Shown piece by piece: positions 48,094 to 59,473 of a DNA stretch of 64,000 nt (the stretch's first letter is position 1; every line of letters starts with the position of its first letter). The DNA lies in contig CAUVXB020000002.1 in the NCBI GenBank assembly GCA_963555825.3, positions 2,688,001 to 2,752,000 of the forward strand. Reading direction: 5' to 3'. The notes under the pieces were generated by a model. It made no database searches. It saw nothing but the letters and a program-made list of their open reading frames with translations, and was not told where the DNA came from. Both the position numbers and the translations under genes were made by a program. The DNA is from Alphaproteobacteria bacterium. Its GTDB lineage: Bacteria > Pseudomonadota > Alphaproteobacteria > JAAXGF01.

Positions 48094-49863
48094 TCAGTCC
48101 GGCAATCCAGCCTTGCGCAGACCCTCGCCGTGGTGGGCCAGATCGCCGGGCTCACCGTAAGTCAGGCGCTCGAGGTAATCGGCAATCGAGAAATCGGGCT
48201 TCAGCTGCAGCACTTGCGCCTTTTGCAGCTCGGCGTCGGCGTCGTCGCCCATGTATGCGTGGCACGCCGCCATGTCGGCGTGGTGCTGCCAGCGCGGTGT
48301 CGGTATCTGTTTATAGGCCTCGATTGCCTCGGCATAGCGGTGCTCGCCGAGGCGCGCGCGGCCCAGCAGGTGCGCGAAGCTTCCCGCCCCAAGGGGATCG
48401 AGACGCATCGCCTTCTCGACCCACTCGGCACCCTCGGCGTGGCGGCCCATCCAGGTCATCAGCTCGCCGCGTTGCGCGGCCATGCGCGGGTCGTTCGGAT
48501 TCATCGCGAAGGCGCGGTTGTGGTACTGCTCTGCCTGATCGAGCTGGCAGAGCTCCATGTTGATCTCGCACAGGATGCGCAGGCACTCCATGTCGTTCTC
48601 GTCGAGCGCCAGCGCCTTCTCGGCGTTGGCGACGCGCTGCGCCGACCACGATTCCGGCACGTCCGCGTAGCCGCGCAGGACACCCTGGCGCAAGGTGCAG
48701 GCCTTCCAGGCATAGGCCGGGGCGTATTCCGGGTCGAGATCGATCGCCTTGTTGAGGACGTCGATCGCCTCGGCGTTGGCCTCCTTGGTGCCGCGGTGAT
48801 GGAGGACCTTGCTGCGCAGCACATAATCATAGGCGGCCAGGTCCTGCGGCGGCTTGCGCTTGACGCGCTCGATGTCGGCCGCCTCGAGGCGCGCCGGCAG
48901 CGCGCCGACGATCGCCTGGGTCAGCTCGTCCTGGATCTCGAAGATGTCGGTCAGCTCGCGGTCGTAGCGCTCGGCCCAGACGTGGTTCTCGGTCGCCGCC
49001 TCGACGAGCTGGACGGTGACGCGCACTCGATTGCCGGCCTTGCGGATGCTGCCCTCGACGACGTAATGGACGCCCAGCTCGCGGCCGACGTCCTCGACGC
49101 GCACCGATTTGCCCTTGTAAGTGAATGTCGAGTTGCGGGCGATCACGAACAGACTCGGAAAACGCGCCAGCTCGGTGATGATGTCCTCGGTGATGCCGTC
49201 GGCGAAGAACTCCTGCTCGGCATCGCCCGACATGTTGACGAAGGGCAGCACGGCGATCGACGGCTTGTCGGGCAGGGCGGGTCCTGGCTTGGGCGCGTCG
49301 TCCGGGGCGGCCTTCCCGGCGTCGGTCGGCACACCGTCGATCAGCACCTTGAAGACGTGGATCGGGCGCGGGATGTTCTTGACCGCGATCTCGCCCATGT
49401 CTTCGAAGACGTAGGGCAGCTTGTCCCGGACCTGGTTGTACACCTCACGCCTGACGGAGATGCCGTCGGGATCGGCGATCTCCTGCAGCCGCGCCGCGAT
49501 GTTGACGCCGTCGCCGTAAATATCGTCGCCGTCGATTATGATGTCGCCAAGGTTGATGCCGATGCGGAAGCAAATGGACTCATCGTCGGGCCGCCCAGCG
49601 TTTTGTTCGATCACCGAGCGCTGAACTTCGACGGAGGATTCGACGGCGTCGACGACGCTCGCGTATTCGATCAGCGCGCCGTCGCCCATCAGCTTGACAA
49701 TGCGCCCGTGATATTTGGCGATGATCGGGTCGATGAGATCGCGGCGCAGCACCTTCAAGGCGTTCAGCGTGCCCGTCTCGTCGTTCGCCATCATGCGGCT
49801 GTAACCGCAGACGTCCGCGCTCACGATCGCGGCGAGCCTGCGCTCGATGTCCTGGCGCGCCAC
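48094..49863 (-). CDS. Class III adenylate/guanylate cyclase with TolB-like and TPR domains
   Basis: RRLAAIVSADV, MGDG, RIGINLGD, GDGVNIAARL, KPSIAVLPF, TPR repeats. Confidence 0.93.
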   Translation of the reverse strand: MARQDIERRLAAIVSADVCGYSRMMANDETGTLNALKVLRRDLIDPIIAKYHGRIVKLMGDGALIEYASVVDAVESSVEVQRSVIEQNAGRPDDESICFRIGINLGDIIIDGDDIYGDGVNIAARLQEIADPDGISVRREVYNQVRDKLPYVFEDMGEIAVKNIPRPIHVFKVLIDGVPTDAGKAAPDDAPKPGPALPDKPSIAVLPFVNMSGDAEQEFFADGITEDIITELARFPSLFVIARNSTFTYKGKSVRVEDVGRELGVHYVVEGSIRKAGNRVRVTVQLVEAATENHVWAERYDRELTDIFEIQDELTQAIVGALPARLEAADIERVKRKPPQDLAAYDYVLRSKVLHHRGTKEANAEAIDVLNKAIDLDPEYAPAYAWKACTLRQGVLRGYADVPESWSAQRVANAEKALALDENDMECLRILCEINMELCQLDQAEQYHNRAFAMNPNDPRMAAQRGELMTWMGRHAEGAEWVEKAMRLDPLGAGSFAHLLGRARLGEHRYAEAIEAYKQIPTPRWQHHADMAACHAYMGDDADAELQKAQVLQLKPDFSIADYLERLTYGEPGDLAHHGEGLRKAGLPD

Positions 49864-50101
49864 GCCACCCTCCGTTTGCTCCGTTCGACTTTTGCAGGGC
49901 AGTCTAGGCGACGGCGGGCCTTGTGTCTAACGGTCGGAATGCCGCGCGCTAGCTTCGGTTTCGAGCGCCGCGGCGGCGAGGATGTCGGCGCGTCGTCCGA
50001 TTGGCGGCGCGATGCGCTCGGCCTTGGGGTGCGCGTCGAGATCGAATGCGTCGCCCTCGCCAAACACGACTGACCGCGTCACTGTTGGATAAACGGTAGA
50101 G

Positions 50102-50198
50102 GAACCACAGAGACACAGAGACACAGTGTTTGTTGGGGCGGGTTTGAAACCCGCCCCTACGGTGTGAATTCCTCTGTGTCTCTGTGTCTTTGTGGTTC
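50102..50198. repeat. Composite repeat: REP (50132-50160) nested between inverted ACCACAGAGACACAGAG arms
   Basis: GAACCACAGAGACACAGAGACACAG .. REP .. CTCTGTGTCTCTGTGTCTTTGTGGTTC. Confidence 0.9.
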
Positions 50199-50214
50199 GC
50201 CCGTCAACTGAACC

Positions 50215-53200
50215 TTAGGATCCGTCGTCAACCGCTTGGCGCGCGGTCTCGATCGGGCCGAGCACGAGCAGCAGATCCTTGGTCTCGACCTCGGCGCCGG
50301 GCTCGACGAGCAGTTCGGTGACGGTGCCGGCCTCGTCGGCGAACACCGTGCTCTCCATCTTCATCGCCTCGATGGCGACCAGCGGGTCGCCGCGTTCGAC
50401 GCGTTGGCCGGCGTCGACCGAGACCGAGACGATACGCCCCGGCATCGGCGCGCCGATCTGGCCCGCCTCGCCGTCCTTGATCTTGCGACGCGTCGGCCGC
50501 GCCAGGCTCAGCGCACGGTCGTCGATGGTCACCGTGCGCGGCTGGCCGTTGAGCTCGAAGAAGATCGTTCGCCGGCCCTTGTCGTCGGCCTCGCCGGTCG
50601 CGAGATAGCGGATCACCAGCCGCTTGCCGGGGCCGATGTCGATGTCGAACTCCTCGCCCGGCCGCGGGCCATAGAAGAACTGCGGCGTCGCCAGCAGGCC
50701 GACGTCCGAATAGGCGCGGCGGTGCTCGGCGTAATCGAGGAAGACCTTGGGATAGAGCAGATAGGCGGCAAGCTCGTGGTCGCTCGCCGCGCGCCGGAGT
50801 TTGTGCTCGAGCTCCTCGCGCGCCGCGTCGAGGTCGACCGGGTCCATCAGCGAGCCGGGGCGCACGGTGATCGGGGTGGCGCCGCGCAGCACCTTGCGCT
50901 GCAGCGCCTCGGGGAAGCCGCCCGGCGGCTGGCCGAGCTCGCCGCGGAAGTACGCGACCACCGAATCGGGGAACGACACCTCGCGTTCGGGGTCGGTGAC
51001 GTCGGCGGCCGTGAGGCCGTGCGAGACCATGAACAGCGCCATGTCGCCGACCACCTTCGAGGTCGGCGTCACCTTGATGATGTCGCCGAACATGCGGTTG
51101 ACCTCGGCGTAAGCCGCGAGCACCTCGGGCCAGTGATGCTCGAGGCCCAGCGCGCGCGCCTGCTGGCGCAGGTTGGTGTACTGCCCGCCGGGGATCTCGT
51201 TTTGATAGATCTCCGACGTCGAGGCGCGCATGTCGCTCTCGAAGGCGGCATAGAGCGGGCGCACGCCTTCCCAGTATCGCGCGACTTCGGCGATCGCCCG
51301 GCGCGGCAAGCCGGTATCGCGTGGGCCGCCGCGCAGCGCCTCGGCGATGGCGCCGAGGCTCGGCTGCGAGGTCAGCCCGCTGAGCGCGTCCATGGCGGCG
51401 TCGGCGGCGTCGACGCCGGCCTCGGCCGCCGCCAGCACGCTGGCCGACGAGGTGCCCGCGGTGTCGTGGGTGTGGAAGTGGATCGGCAGGCCGATTTCCT
51501 GGCGCAGTGTCGAGACCAGGATACGCGCGGCCTCGGGCTTGCAGACGCCGGCCATGTCCTTGATGCCCAGGATATGCGCGCCCGCGGCCTCGAGCTCCTT
51601 GGCCAGGCCGACGTAGTATTTCAGGTCGTATTTGTCGCGCGCCGGGTCGGTCAGGTCGCCGGTGTAGCAGATCGCCGCCTCGCACAGCTGGCCGCTTTCG
51701 AGCACTGCGTCCATCGCGACGCGCATGTTTTCGATCCAATTCAGCGCGTCGAACACCCGGAACAGGTCGATGCCGGCATCGGCGGCTTGGCCGATGAAGA
51801 AGCGGACGACGTTGTCCGGGTAGTTGGTGTAGCCGACCGCGTTGGAGCCGCGCAGGAGCATCTGCAGCATCTGGCTGGGCATCGCCTCGCGCATCGCCGC
51901 GAGCCGCGCCCAGGGGTCTTCGTTGAGGAAGCGCATGGCGACGTCGAAGGTCGCGCCGCCCCAGACCTCGAGCGAGAACAGGCCTTTCAGGCCGGTCTCG
52001 TAGGCGGCGGCCGGTCGGGTCAGGTCGTAGCCGCGCAGGCGTGTGGCGAGCAGCGACTGGTGGGCGTCGCGGAACGTCGTGTCGGTCATCAAAAGGCGCG
52101 TCTCGTCGCGCATCCACTGGGCGAAGCCCTCGGCGCCGCGTTGCTTGAAGATATCGCGTGTGCCGGTCGCGTCGTCGGGCTCGACCGCGGGCCGCGGCGG
52201 CACCGTGCGCACGGTGGCGGGCGGCCGGCCGGCGACCTCGGGGTTGCCGTTGACCAGCGTCTCGCCGATGAAGGTGAGGAGCCGCGTCGCCCGGTCGCGG
52301 CGCAGCGGGAAGTGGAACAGCTCGGGCGTCTCGTCGATGAAGCGCGTCGTCAGATCGCCGGTCACGAAGGACGGGTGCCCGATGACCGCCTCGAGGAAGG
52401 CGAGGTTGGTCTTGACGCCGCGGATGCGGAACTCGCGCAGCGCGCGGTCCATGCGCTGGACCGCTTCCTCGCGTGTCGGCGCCCAGGCGATGACCTTCTC
52501 CAAGAGCGAATCGAAATGCGGCGTGATCAGCGCGCCCGAGAACGCCGTGCCGCCGTCGAGCCGGATGCCGAAGCCGGCGGCGCCGCGATAGGCCGAGATG
52601 CGCCCGTAATCGGGGATGAACTGGTTCTCGGGGTCCTCGGTGGTGATCCGGCACTGGATCGCGCAGCCGTTGAGCCGCAGCGCGTCCTGGGCCGGCACGC
52701 CCGAGCCGGCGTCGCCGATGCGCGCGCCCTGGGCGATGCGGATCTGCGCCTTGACGAGGTCGACGCCGGTGACCACCTCGGTGACGGTATGCTCGACCTG
52801 GATACGCGGGTTGACCTCGATGAAGTAGAAACGCGCGCCGTCGACGTCGTAGAGGAACTCGACGGTGCCAGCGTTGAGATAATTCGCCGCCTTGGCGAGC
52901 CGCACGCCGGCGTCGCACAGCGCCGCGCGCTCGGCATCGTCGAGCGTCACGGCCGGCGCGACCTCGATGATCTTCTGGTGGCGCCGCTGGACCGTGCAGT
53001 CGCGCTCGAACAGGTGGCAGACGGTGCCGTGGGCGTCGCCCAGCACCTGGACCTCGATATGGCGGGCGCGCTCGACCAGGCGCTCGAAGAAGACCTCGTC
53101 GCGGCCGAAGGCGGCGCGCGCCTCGCGCCTGGCGGCGTCGACCTCGGTGGCCAGTTCGGCGGCGGCGCGCACGACGCGCATGCCGCGCCCGCCGCCGCCC

Positions 53201-53700
53201 CAGCTCGCCTTGATCATCAGCGGATAGCCGACCTCGCCGGCCAGGCGCGCCTCCTCGCCCGGCGGCACCACGCCGGTCGCCGGCAGCACCGGCACCCCGG
53301 CGCCCTCGGCCAGCGCGCGCGCCTCGACCTTGTCGCCCAGGCTGCGCAGCAAATCGGGCGGCGGGCCGATGAAGACCAGCCCGGCCGCGATGCAGGCCTC
53401 GGCGAAGTCGGGGTTCTCGGCAAGGAAGCCATAGCCCGGATGGATCGCGTCGGCGCCCGCCTCGCGGGCGACGCGCAGCACGTCGTCGATGTCGAGGTAG
53501 GCGCTGATCGGGTCGCGGCCGGCGCCAATCGGATAGCTCTCGTCGGCCTTGAAACGGTGCAGCGCGAAGCGGTCCTCATGGGCGTAGACCGCGACCGTCT
53601 TGAGACCCAGCTCGGTCGCCGCGCGCAGCACGCGTATGGCGATCTCGCTGCGGTTGGCGACCAGCAGCTTGCGGATCGCATGAAAGGACGGCTTCGTCAT
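50215..53700 (-). CDS. pyc: Pyruvate carboxylase
   Basis: LLVANRSEIA, HPGYGFL, ERDCTVQRRHQK, FRDAHQSL, WGGATFD, HFHTHDT, EAMKME. Confidence 0.97.
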   Translation of the reverse strand: MTKPSFHAIRKLLVANRSEIAIRVLRAATELGLKTVAVYAHEDRFALHRFKADESYPIGAGRDPISAYLDIDDVLRVAREAGADAIHPGYGFLAENPDFAEACIAAGLVFIGPPPDLLRSLGDKVEARALAEGAGVPVLPATGVVPPGEEARLAGEVGYPLMIKASWGGGGRGMRVVRAAAELATEVDAARREARAAFGRDEVFFERLVERARHIEVQVLGDAHGTVCHLFERDCTVQRRHQKIIEVAPAVTLDDAERAALCDAGVRLAKAANYLNAGTVEFLYDVDGARFYFIEVNPRIQVEHTVTEVVTGVDLVKAQIRIAQGARIGDAGSGVPAQDALRLNGCAIQCRITTEDPENQFIPDYGRISAYRGAAGFGIRLDGGTAFSGALITPHFDSLLEKVIAWAPTREEAVQRMDRALREFRIRGVKTNLAFLEAVIGHPSFVTGDLTTRFIDETPELFHFPLRRDRATRLLTFIGETLVNGNPEVAGRPPATVRTVPPRPAVEPDDATGTRDIFKQRGAEGFAQWMRDETRLLMTDTTFRDAHQSLLATRLRGYDLTRPAAAYETGLKGLFSLEVWGGATFDVAMRFLNEDPWARLAAMREAMPSQMLQMLLRGSNAVGYTNYPDNVVRFFIGQAADAGIDLFRVFDALNWIENMRVAMDAVLESGQLCEAAICYTGDLTDPARDKYDLKYYVGLAKELEAAGAHILGIKDMAGVCKPEAARILVSTLRQEIGLPIHFHTHDTAGTSSASVLAAAEAGVDAADAAMDALSGLTSQPSLGAIAEALRGGPRDTGLPRRAIAEVARYWEGVRPLYAAFESDMRASTSEIYQNEIPGGQYTNLRQQARALGLEHHWPEVLAAYAEVNRMFGDIIKVTPTSKVVGDMALFMVSHGLTAADVTDPEREVSFPDSVVAYFRGELGQPPGGFPEALQRKVLRGATPITVRPGSLMDPVDLDAAREELEHKLRRAASDHELAAYLLYPKVFLDYAEHRRAYSDVGLLATPQFFYGPRPGEEFDIDIGPGKRLVIRYLATGEADDKGRRTIFFELNGQPRTVTIDDRALSLARPTRRKIKDGEAGQIGAPMPGRIVSVSVDAGQRVERGDPLVAIEAMKMESTVFADEAGTVTELLVEPGAEVETKDLLLVLGPIETARQAVDDGS

Positions 53701-53797
53701 GGTGCCATGCCCTGAATGCCCCGAGGCGCTCCGGTTACGCGACTCTCGCGCCGAAAGCAATCTTCCAGATGAACCGCCGGTCCGACAAAACAGATTT

Positions 53798-53888
53798 CAC
53801 CGCAGAGACATCTGCCGTAGGGGCGGGTTTCAAACCCGCCTCTACAATAGCCTTCCCTCCGTGACCCTTCTCCGTGTCTCTGTGGTTC
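53798..53888. repeat. Composite repeat: REP (53817-53845) between CACCGCAGAGAC and GTGTCTCTGTGGTTC arms
   Basis: Direct inspection; same REP family. Confidence 0.85.
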
Positions 53889-53939
53889 TGCCGCCTGAAA
53901 AGCGGTTGTCTCTGGATCGCCGCCGGGTAGTGTAGCGCG

Positions 53940-54932
53940 ATGAGCGATATCGACGACCTTGCCGGGGCCGTGCTGGGCGGCGAGCGGCGCGCGCTGGCGC
54001 GCGCGATCACGCTGATCGAATCGACCCGCGCCGATCATCAGGCCCGAGCGCAGGCGCTGCTCGCCGCGCTCTTGCCAAAGACCGGCGGGGCGCTGCGCAT
54101 CGGCATTTCGGGCGCGCCCGGCGTCGGCAAGTCGAGCTTCATCGAGACCTTCGGGCTCTATCTCATCGAGGCCGGCCACCGGATCGCTGTGCTCGCGGTC
54201 GATCCGTCGAGCAAGCGTTCGGGCGGCGCGCTGTTGGGCGACAAGACGCGCATGGCGGAGCTGGCGCGCGACCCGGCCGCCTTCATCCGGCCGTCGCCAG
54301 CGGGCGAGACGCTGGGCGGCGTCGCACGCCGCACGCGCGAGGCGATGTTGGTCTGCGAGGCGGCCGGCTTCGACGTCGTGATCGTCGAGACGGTCGGCGT
54401 CGGTCAATCCGAGACCGCCGTCGCCGACATGGTCGACGCCTTCGTCCTGCTGCTCGCGCCGGGCGGCGGCGACGAGCTGCAGGGGCTCAAGAAGGGCGTC
54501 GTCGAGCTGGCCGACGTGATCGTCGTCAACAAGGCCGACGGTGGGCTCGCCGAGGCGGCCAAGCGGGTCCAGGCCGACTATCGTGGCGCGCTCGGCCTGT
54601 TGCGCCCGGCGAGCGCGCACTGGTCACCCCGGGTGCTCGCCTGCTCGGCGCTCGACGGCAGCGGCATCGCCGAGGTCTGGGCGGCGCTCGGCGACTATCG
54701 CGCGTCGCTCGAGCCGGCCGGCGAGATCGCCCGGCGCCGGGCCGCGCAGTCGGGCGCCTGGATGTGGACCGAGCTGCGCGCCGGGCTGTTGGCCGACTTC
54801 ACCGGCCAGTCGGGCGTCGCCGAGGCGATCGCGTCGCTCGAGGCGCGCGTCGTTGCCGGCGCGATGACGCCCCATGCGGCGGCGCGCGAGCTGCTCGCGC
54901 TGGCCCGCGGCACGGCTGGTGAAACGACTTGA
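53940..54932 (+). CDS. meaB: Methylmalonyl-CoA mutase-associated GTPase MeaB
   Basis: LARAITLIES, GAPGVGKS, AVDPSS, LGDKTRM, ETVGVGQSE, NKAD. Confidence 0.95.
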   Translation: MSDIDDLAGAVLGGERRALARAITLIESTRADHQARAQALLAALLPKTGGALRIGISGAPGVGKSSFIETFGLYLIEAGHRIAVLAVDPSSKRSGGALLGDKTRMAELARDPAAFIRPSPAGETLGGVARRTREAMLVCEAAGFDVVIVETVGVGQSETAVADMVDAFVLLLAPGGGDELQGLKKGVVELADVIVVNKADGGLAEAAKRVQADYRGALGLLRPASAHWSPRVLACSALDGSGIAEVWAALGDYRASLEPAGEIARRRAAQSGAWMWTELRAGLLADFTGQSGVAEAIASLEARVVAGAMTPHAAARELLALARGTAGETT

Positions 54933-55022
54933 CGGCGACGGTCCGCTGGCCTAAATCTCGCGGCCTATCGCGCGCGGCGCTTTCGGGTGGCCGCGCTTTC
55001 CAACGTCACGAGGACTGGTCAG

Positions 55023-55313
55023 ATGACCCGACGCTGCGAGCTGACGGGGAAGGCCGTAATCACCGGCAACAACGTGAGCCACGCGCATAACAAGACGCGG
55101 CGGCGCTTCTTGCCCAACCTGCAGCGGACCTCGCTGCAGAGCGAGACGCTCGGCCAGATGGTGCGCCTGCGCATCACGCCGCACGCCATGCGCACGGTCG
55201 ACCGGCACGGTGGTCTCGACGCCTTTCTCCTGAAGGCCAAGGACGACAAGCTGTCGCTCAACGCCCGCCGCCTCAAACGGCGCATCGCCAAGGTGGCCGC
55301 CGCCGCTGACTGA
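55023..55313 (+). CDS. rpmB: 50S ribosomal protein L28
   Basis: [28 protein letters not shown]. Confidence 0.97.
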   Translation: MTRRCELTGKAVITGNNVSHAHNKTRRRFLPNLQRTSLQSETLGQMVRLRITPHAMRTVDRHGGLDAFLLKAKDDKLSLNARRLKRRIAKVAAAAD

Positions 55314-55374
55314 ACGCCGCCCCGCGCGGTCCCCGCGCCCCGGTTATGTTTCCGCTCCAAATCGTGACGCCCAT

Positions 55375-56408
55375 CTAGTGTCCCGATTCCGAAGTTCGCA
55401 TGATTTTCGCCTGCTGTTCAGCGATTTCGATTGTTCGGAGGCAGAAGCGCTGGATGGCGCCGAGGATGTCATCGGCGGATTTGGTCCATTTGAAGGGTTT
55501 GGGGTTCTGGTTTGTCGTGTCGATGTAGTCGAGGATGGTGCGCTCCAACTCCTTGGTGGAGCGATGGACGCCGCGCCTGATCTGCTTGTCGGTCAGCAGC
55601 CCGAACCAGCGCTCGACCTGGTTCAGCCAGGAGGCGCTGGTGGGTGTGAAATGGGCCTGCCAGCGCGGCCGTTTGGCGAACCAGTCGCGGATCGCCTTGG
55701 TCTTGTGGGTCCCGTAGTTGTCCATGACGATGTGGATGTCGAGATCAGCAGGGACGTTCGCCTCGACGAGGTCGAGGAATTTGCGGAACTCTCGGGCCCG
55801 ATGGCGCGGGAAACATTTGCCGATGATCTCTCCCGTGGCGATGTCGAGGGCCGCGAAGAGAGAGGTCGTGCCGTGGCGCTTGTAGTCGTGGCTGCGCCGC
55901 TCCGCCTGCCCGGGGCGCATCGGCAAGAGGGGCTGGGAACGGTCCAGGGCCTGGATCTGGCTCTTTTCGTCGACACAGAGAACCAGGGCACGATCCGGCG
56001 GCGCCAAATACAGACCGACGATGTCGCGGACCTTCTCCACGAAGAAGGGATCGCTCGACAGCTTGAAGGTCTCCGAGCGATGCGGCTGCAAGCCGAAGGC
56101 CCGCCAGATGCGATGAATGGTCGAGGGCGCGTGGCCGCTCGCCCGCGCCATCGAGCGAAGGCTCCAATGGGTCGCGTCCGGCGGCGTCTCTTCCAGCGTC
56201 AGCCGGACCGCTTCCGCGATGGCGTCATCGCCGATTTGACGCGGCGCGCCGGGGCGGGGTTCGTCGTACAGACCGTCGAGGCCCTCCGCCGCATAGCGGC
56301 GACGCCACTTGCCCACGGTGTCCGCGCTCGCCTCGAGACGAACGGCGATCTCCTTGTTCTCCAACCCTTCCGCCGCCGCCAAGACGATCCGAGCCCGCCG
56401 CGCAAGCC
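55375..56408 (-). mobile_element. IS630-family element, 5'-truncated
   Basis: [43 protein letters not shown]. The N-terminus and left end are replaced by the next element. Confidence 0.88.
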
Positions 56409-57746
56409 TGTGCCTCCCATTTATCTCATCCGGGGTGCATCAAGAACGCCGACCGGTCCGCCGGCACTGGTGATGGCACCATCTTCGCTGTGAGGCGGGC
56501 ATAGTCATCTTCGGAAACGACGCCCACATCGATCGGCAACCGGCTTGGGGGGCCTTGCCATAGTAAGACGGATTGCTGAGGTTACGGCGACCCCGACGGC
56601 GTCAGAATCATCGCCGCAAGCCGATTATACGATAGCCGGTGCCAGTCAGGCCGCCAACCGCTGGTACCGATGATGCAGCCCGCCGACCTGTGGAAACGCC
56701 ACGATCTTCCCGGCGCCAGCCGGCTGAACCGATCGCCGTTCAGGGGTATCCTTGCCTAGCGCCAGGTGCGTGCGGGATCGCTGGTAGTAGTCGATGTACG
56801 ACAAGAGTATCGCCCGCAGATGCCGTTCGTTTAGAACGATCACGTGATCCAGACACTCTCGCCTGATGGACCCGATCACGCGCTCAACGTACGGCGACTG
56901 CCACGGCGATCGCGGCGCCGTCACGACCTCTTCGATGCCCATCGCCTTTATCCGCGAACGAAAGGCAATACCGTACACACGATCCCGATCTCGGATCATA
57001 TACCGTGGTGCTGTCTCCCACGGAAAGGCCTCCCGGATCTGTTGCGCGACCCACGCCGCAGTCGGGTGTGCCGTGGTGCCGATGTGAACAATCCGCCGAC
57101 GCTCGTGCCGCAGCACAACGAGCACGAATAGAAGACTGAACGTCGCGGTGGGTACGACGAAGAAGTCGGTCGACGCTAGGCACCCGACGTGGTTCTCGAG
57201 GAACGTCCGCCATGTCTGCGAAGGTGGCTTTGGATGGCGCGGCATGTACTTGGACACGGCCGCCTCGGAGACCTCGAAGCCGAGCATCCTGAGCTCACCG
57301 TGGATTCGGGGAGCGCCCCACAACGGATTCTCCCGAGACATCCGGCGGATAAGCCCTCGGAATTCGCTCGACACGGGCGGTCGTCCCGGCTTCCCCCGTC
57401 GCGACTTCCGGGTCCAGAAACGTCGGAAGCCCTTTCGATGCCAGCCGATAACCGTCTCCGGCTTGACGATCACCAGGATCTCCCTCCAACCCGACCACAG
57501 CCGAGACAGGACGACCCAGAAAAGGCGATCGGCCATCCGAAGCGATGGCCTGGCTCCTTTCCGATCTAAGGCGGCAAGCTGCTGTCGCAGGGCAAGGTTC
57601 TCAAGATGCAACGCCGCGCGGCTGAGGAAAGCCTCACGGACCATGGCAAGGACAATTCGAATGGTCGTGCACATGTCGGAGACGCTATCCGGCACAAGCC
57701 GGGAATACTAGGATTTCTGCGGCAGATAGGATTTATGGGAGCCACA
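56409..57746 (-). mobile_element. IS481/IS3-like element with integrase-core transposase (CDS about 56646-57674)
   Basis: TGT...ACA ends (TGTGCCTCCCAT / ATGGGAGCCACA); ENPLWGAPRIHGEL, IRDRD, PRSPWQ..YVERVIGSIRRECLDH. Confidence 0.82.
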
Positions 57747-57851
57747 GGCTGTCCAAACGCGAGATCATGCGCTGCCTGAAGCGTTACGTGGCCCGCGAGA
57801 TCTACCGCGTACTCACCGCCCCATCGAGTGCTTGACAAACATGAGAGCGTC
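57747..57851 (+). pseudogene. IS110-family transposase 3' remnant with right end
   Basis: [22 protein letters not shown] followed by GCTTGACAAACATGAGAGCGTC. Confidence 0.75.
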
Positions 57852-58182
57852 CGGGACTCGCAGTACGCCGCGACGGACTATCGCAAGCTGCTCGCCCAAC
57901 ACGGGCTGGTCGGCTCGATGGGGCGGCGTGGCAACCCATACGACAACGCCAAAGCGGAGAGCTTTATCAAAACGCTCAAGGTCGAGGCGGTGTACCTGAT
58001 GGACTACCAAACCTTCGAGGACGTCTCCACCGATCTTCCCAGGTTCATCGACGAGGTCTACAACACCCGTAGGCTCCATTCCGCGTTAGGATATCTGAGC
58101 CCGAAACAGTACGAGGATCAACACGCCCGGCAACCGGTCAAAACCGCAGCCTGATCTTGTCCACCCTCAGGGGCGCACTCCA
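57852..58182 (+). pseudogene. IS3-family orfB 3' remnant with right TIR
   Basis: [36 protein letters not shown]; ends ...GGGGCGCACTCCA. Confidence 0.85.
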
Positions 58183-58450
58183 GATCGGCGTGCAAAATTG
58201 ACCCACCGGGGCAACCGGGCCGCAGGCACGGCCGGCGGCGGCTCAGGAGCGGTTCTTGAAGCGCCAGCTCTCGTTGCCGGTCTCGATGATCTCGCAGTGG
58301 TGGGTCAGGCGGTCGAGCAGCGCGGTGGTCATCTTGGGGTCGCCGAAGACGGATGGCCATTCGCCGAAGGCGAGGTTGGTGGTGATGACGATAGAGGTGC
58401 GCTCGTAGAGCCGGCTCATGAGGTGGAAGAGCAGCTGCCCGCCGGCGCGC
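58183..58450 (-). pseudogene. IS21-family istB 3' remnant
   Basis: [43 protein letters not shown]. Confidence 0.88.
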
Positions 58451-58585
58451 GAGGGCAAGGCGCTGCGCTCGCTGCTGAACCATCGCGAAGGGCTGAGCGT
58501 GTTCACTCTGCGGGCTGCTTTTCTAAAGACCCGAAATTTGATATTATCAAGTTTCCATGCGCCACTGCGCGCACAATTTGCTAAG

Positions 58586-59449
58586 GGCTTCTTTGCCATC
58601 TCGGAGGTCTTCACCCAGGCCGAGAAGATCGTCGCGGGAACCCGCGAGCGCCCCAAGGCGAACCTCGAGTTTCCCAGCCTGAGGGAGTTCTGGGACTTGC
58701 GCTACACGGTGTCTCGCTCCATGGGCCTCGGCTTCTTCGCCGGCATCCTGCCGGGCATCGGTGCGACGCTGGCCGCCTTTCTCGGCTACAACGAGGCGGT
58801 GCGCTGGTCGAAGACGCCGGAAAAGTTCGGCAAGGGCGAGCTCGCCGGCGTTGTCGCCTCGGAGACGGCAAACAATGCGGCGACGGGCGCGGCCATGATC
58901 CCGCTGCTCGCGCTCGGCCTGCCGGGCGGCGCACTGACCGCCATGATGCTGGGCATATTCCAGATCCACAGCATGGAGCCCGGGCCGCTCATCTTCATCA
59001 ACAGCAAGGAGCTGGTTTGGATCACCTTCTCGGCCATGTTCTTTGCCAACCTGGCGATCCTCGGCCTGGGCTGGATACAAACCAAGACCGTGGTCCACCT
59101 GCTGCGCGTGCCGTTCCGCTGGCTGGCGCCGGGCATTCTGCTGTTGGCCACGGTGGGGGCGTTCGCGCTCAGGAACCTGCTGGTCGACGTCTGGATCATG
59201 TATCTGGCCGGAATCGTCGCCTATTTCCTGCGCAAGACCGGCTATTCGGCGGCCGGCATCGTGCTCGGGCTGATTCTCGGCAAGATCGGGGAATCCATGT
59301 TCATCAAGTCCATGCAGATCATGGACTACGACTTCCTGGGATTCGCGGAACGGCCGATCGCCGCCGTGCTGATTCTGGCCGGCGTTGCCACCATGGTGGC
59401 GAGCGCGGTGCGGCATTTTCGGCGTTCCAGGGTGGCGACGGGCGGCTGA
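58586..59449 (+). pseudogene. tctA: Tripartite tricarboxylate transporter TctA, 5'-truncated
   Basis: [35 protein letters not shown]. The N-terminal TM segments are missing. Confidence 0.85.
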
Positions 59450-59473
59450 GCGTCGCGCGAGCGAGGACAAGGC

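Noticed and set aside
49927-50124. 65-aa ORF between the cyclase and pyc
   Set aside because: Starts within a repeat and has no recognisable family; at most a remnant.
46804-53715. 1089-aa and 1159-aa plus-strand ORFs
   Set aside because: Antisense shadows of the aminotransferase, cyclase and pyc genes.
58418-58585. N-terminal extension of the TctA ORF
   Set aside because: Composed of istB antisense and IS scraps; not TctA-like.
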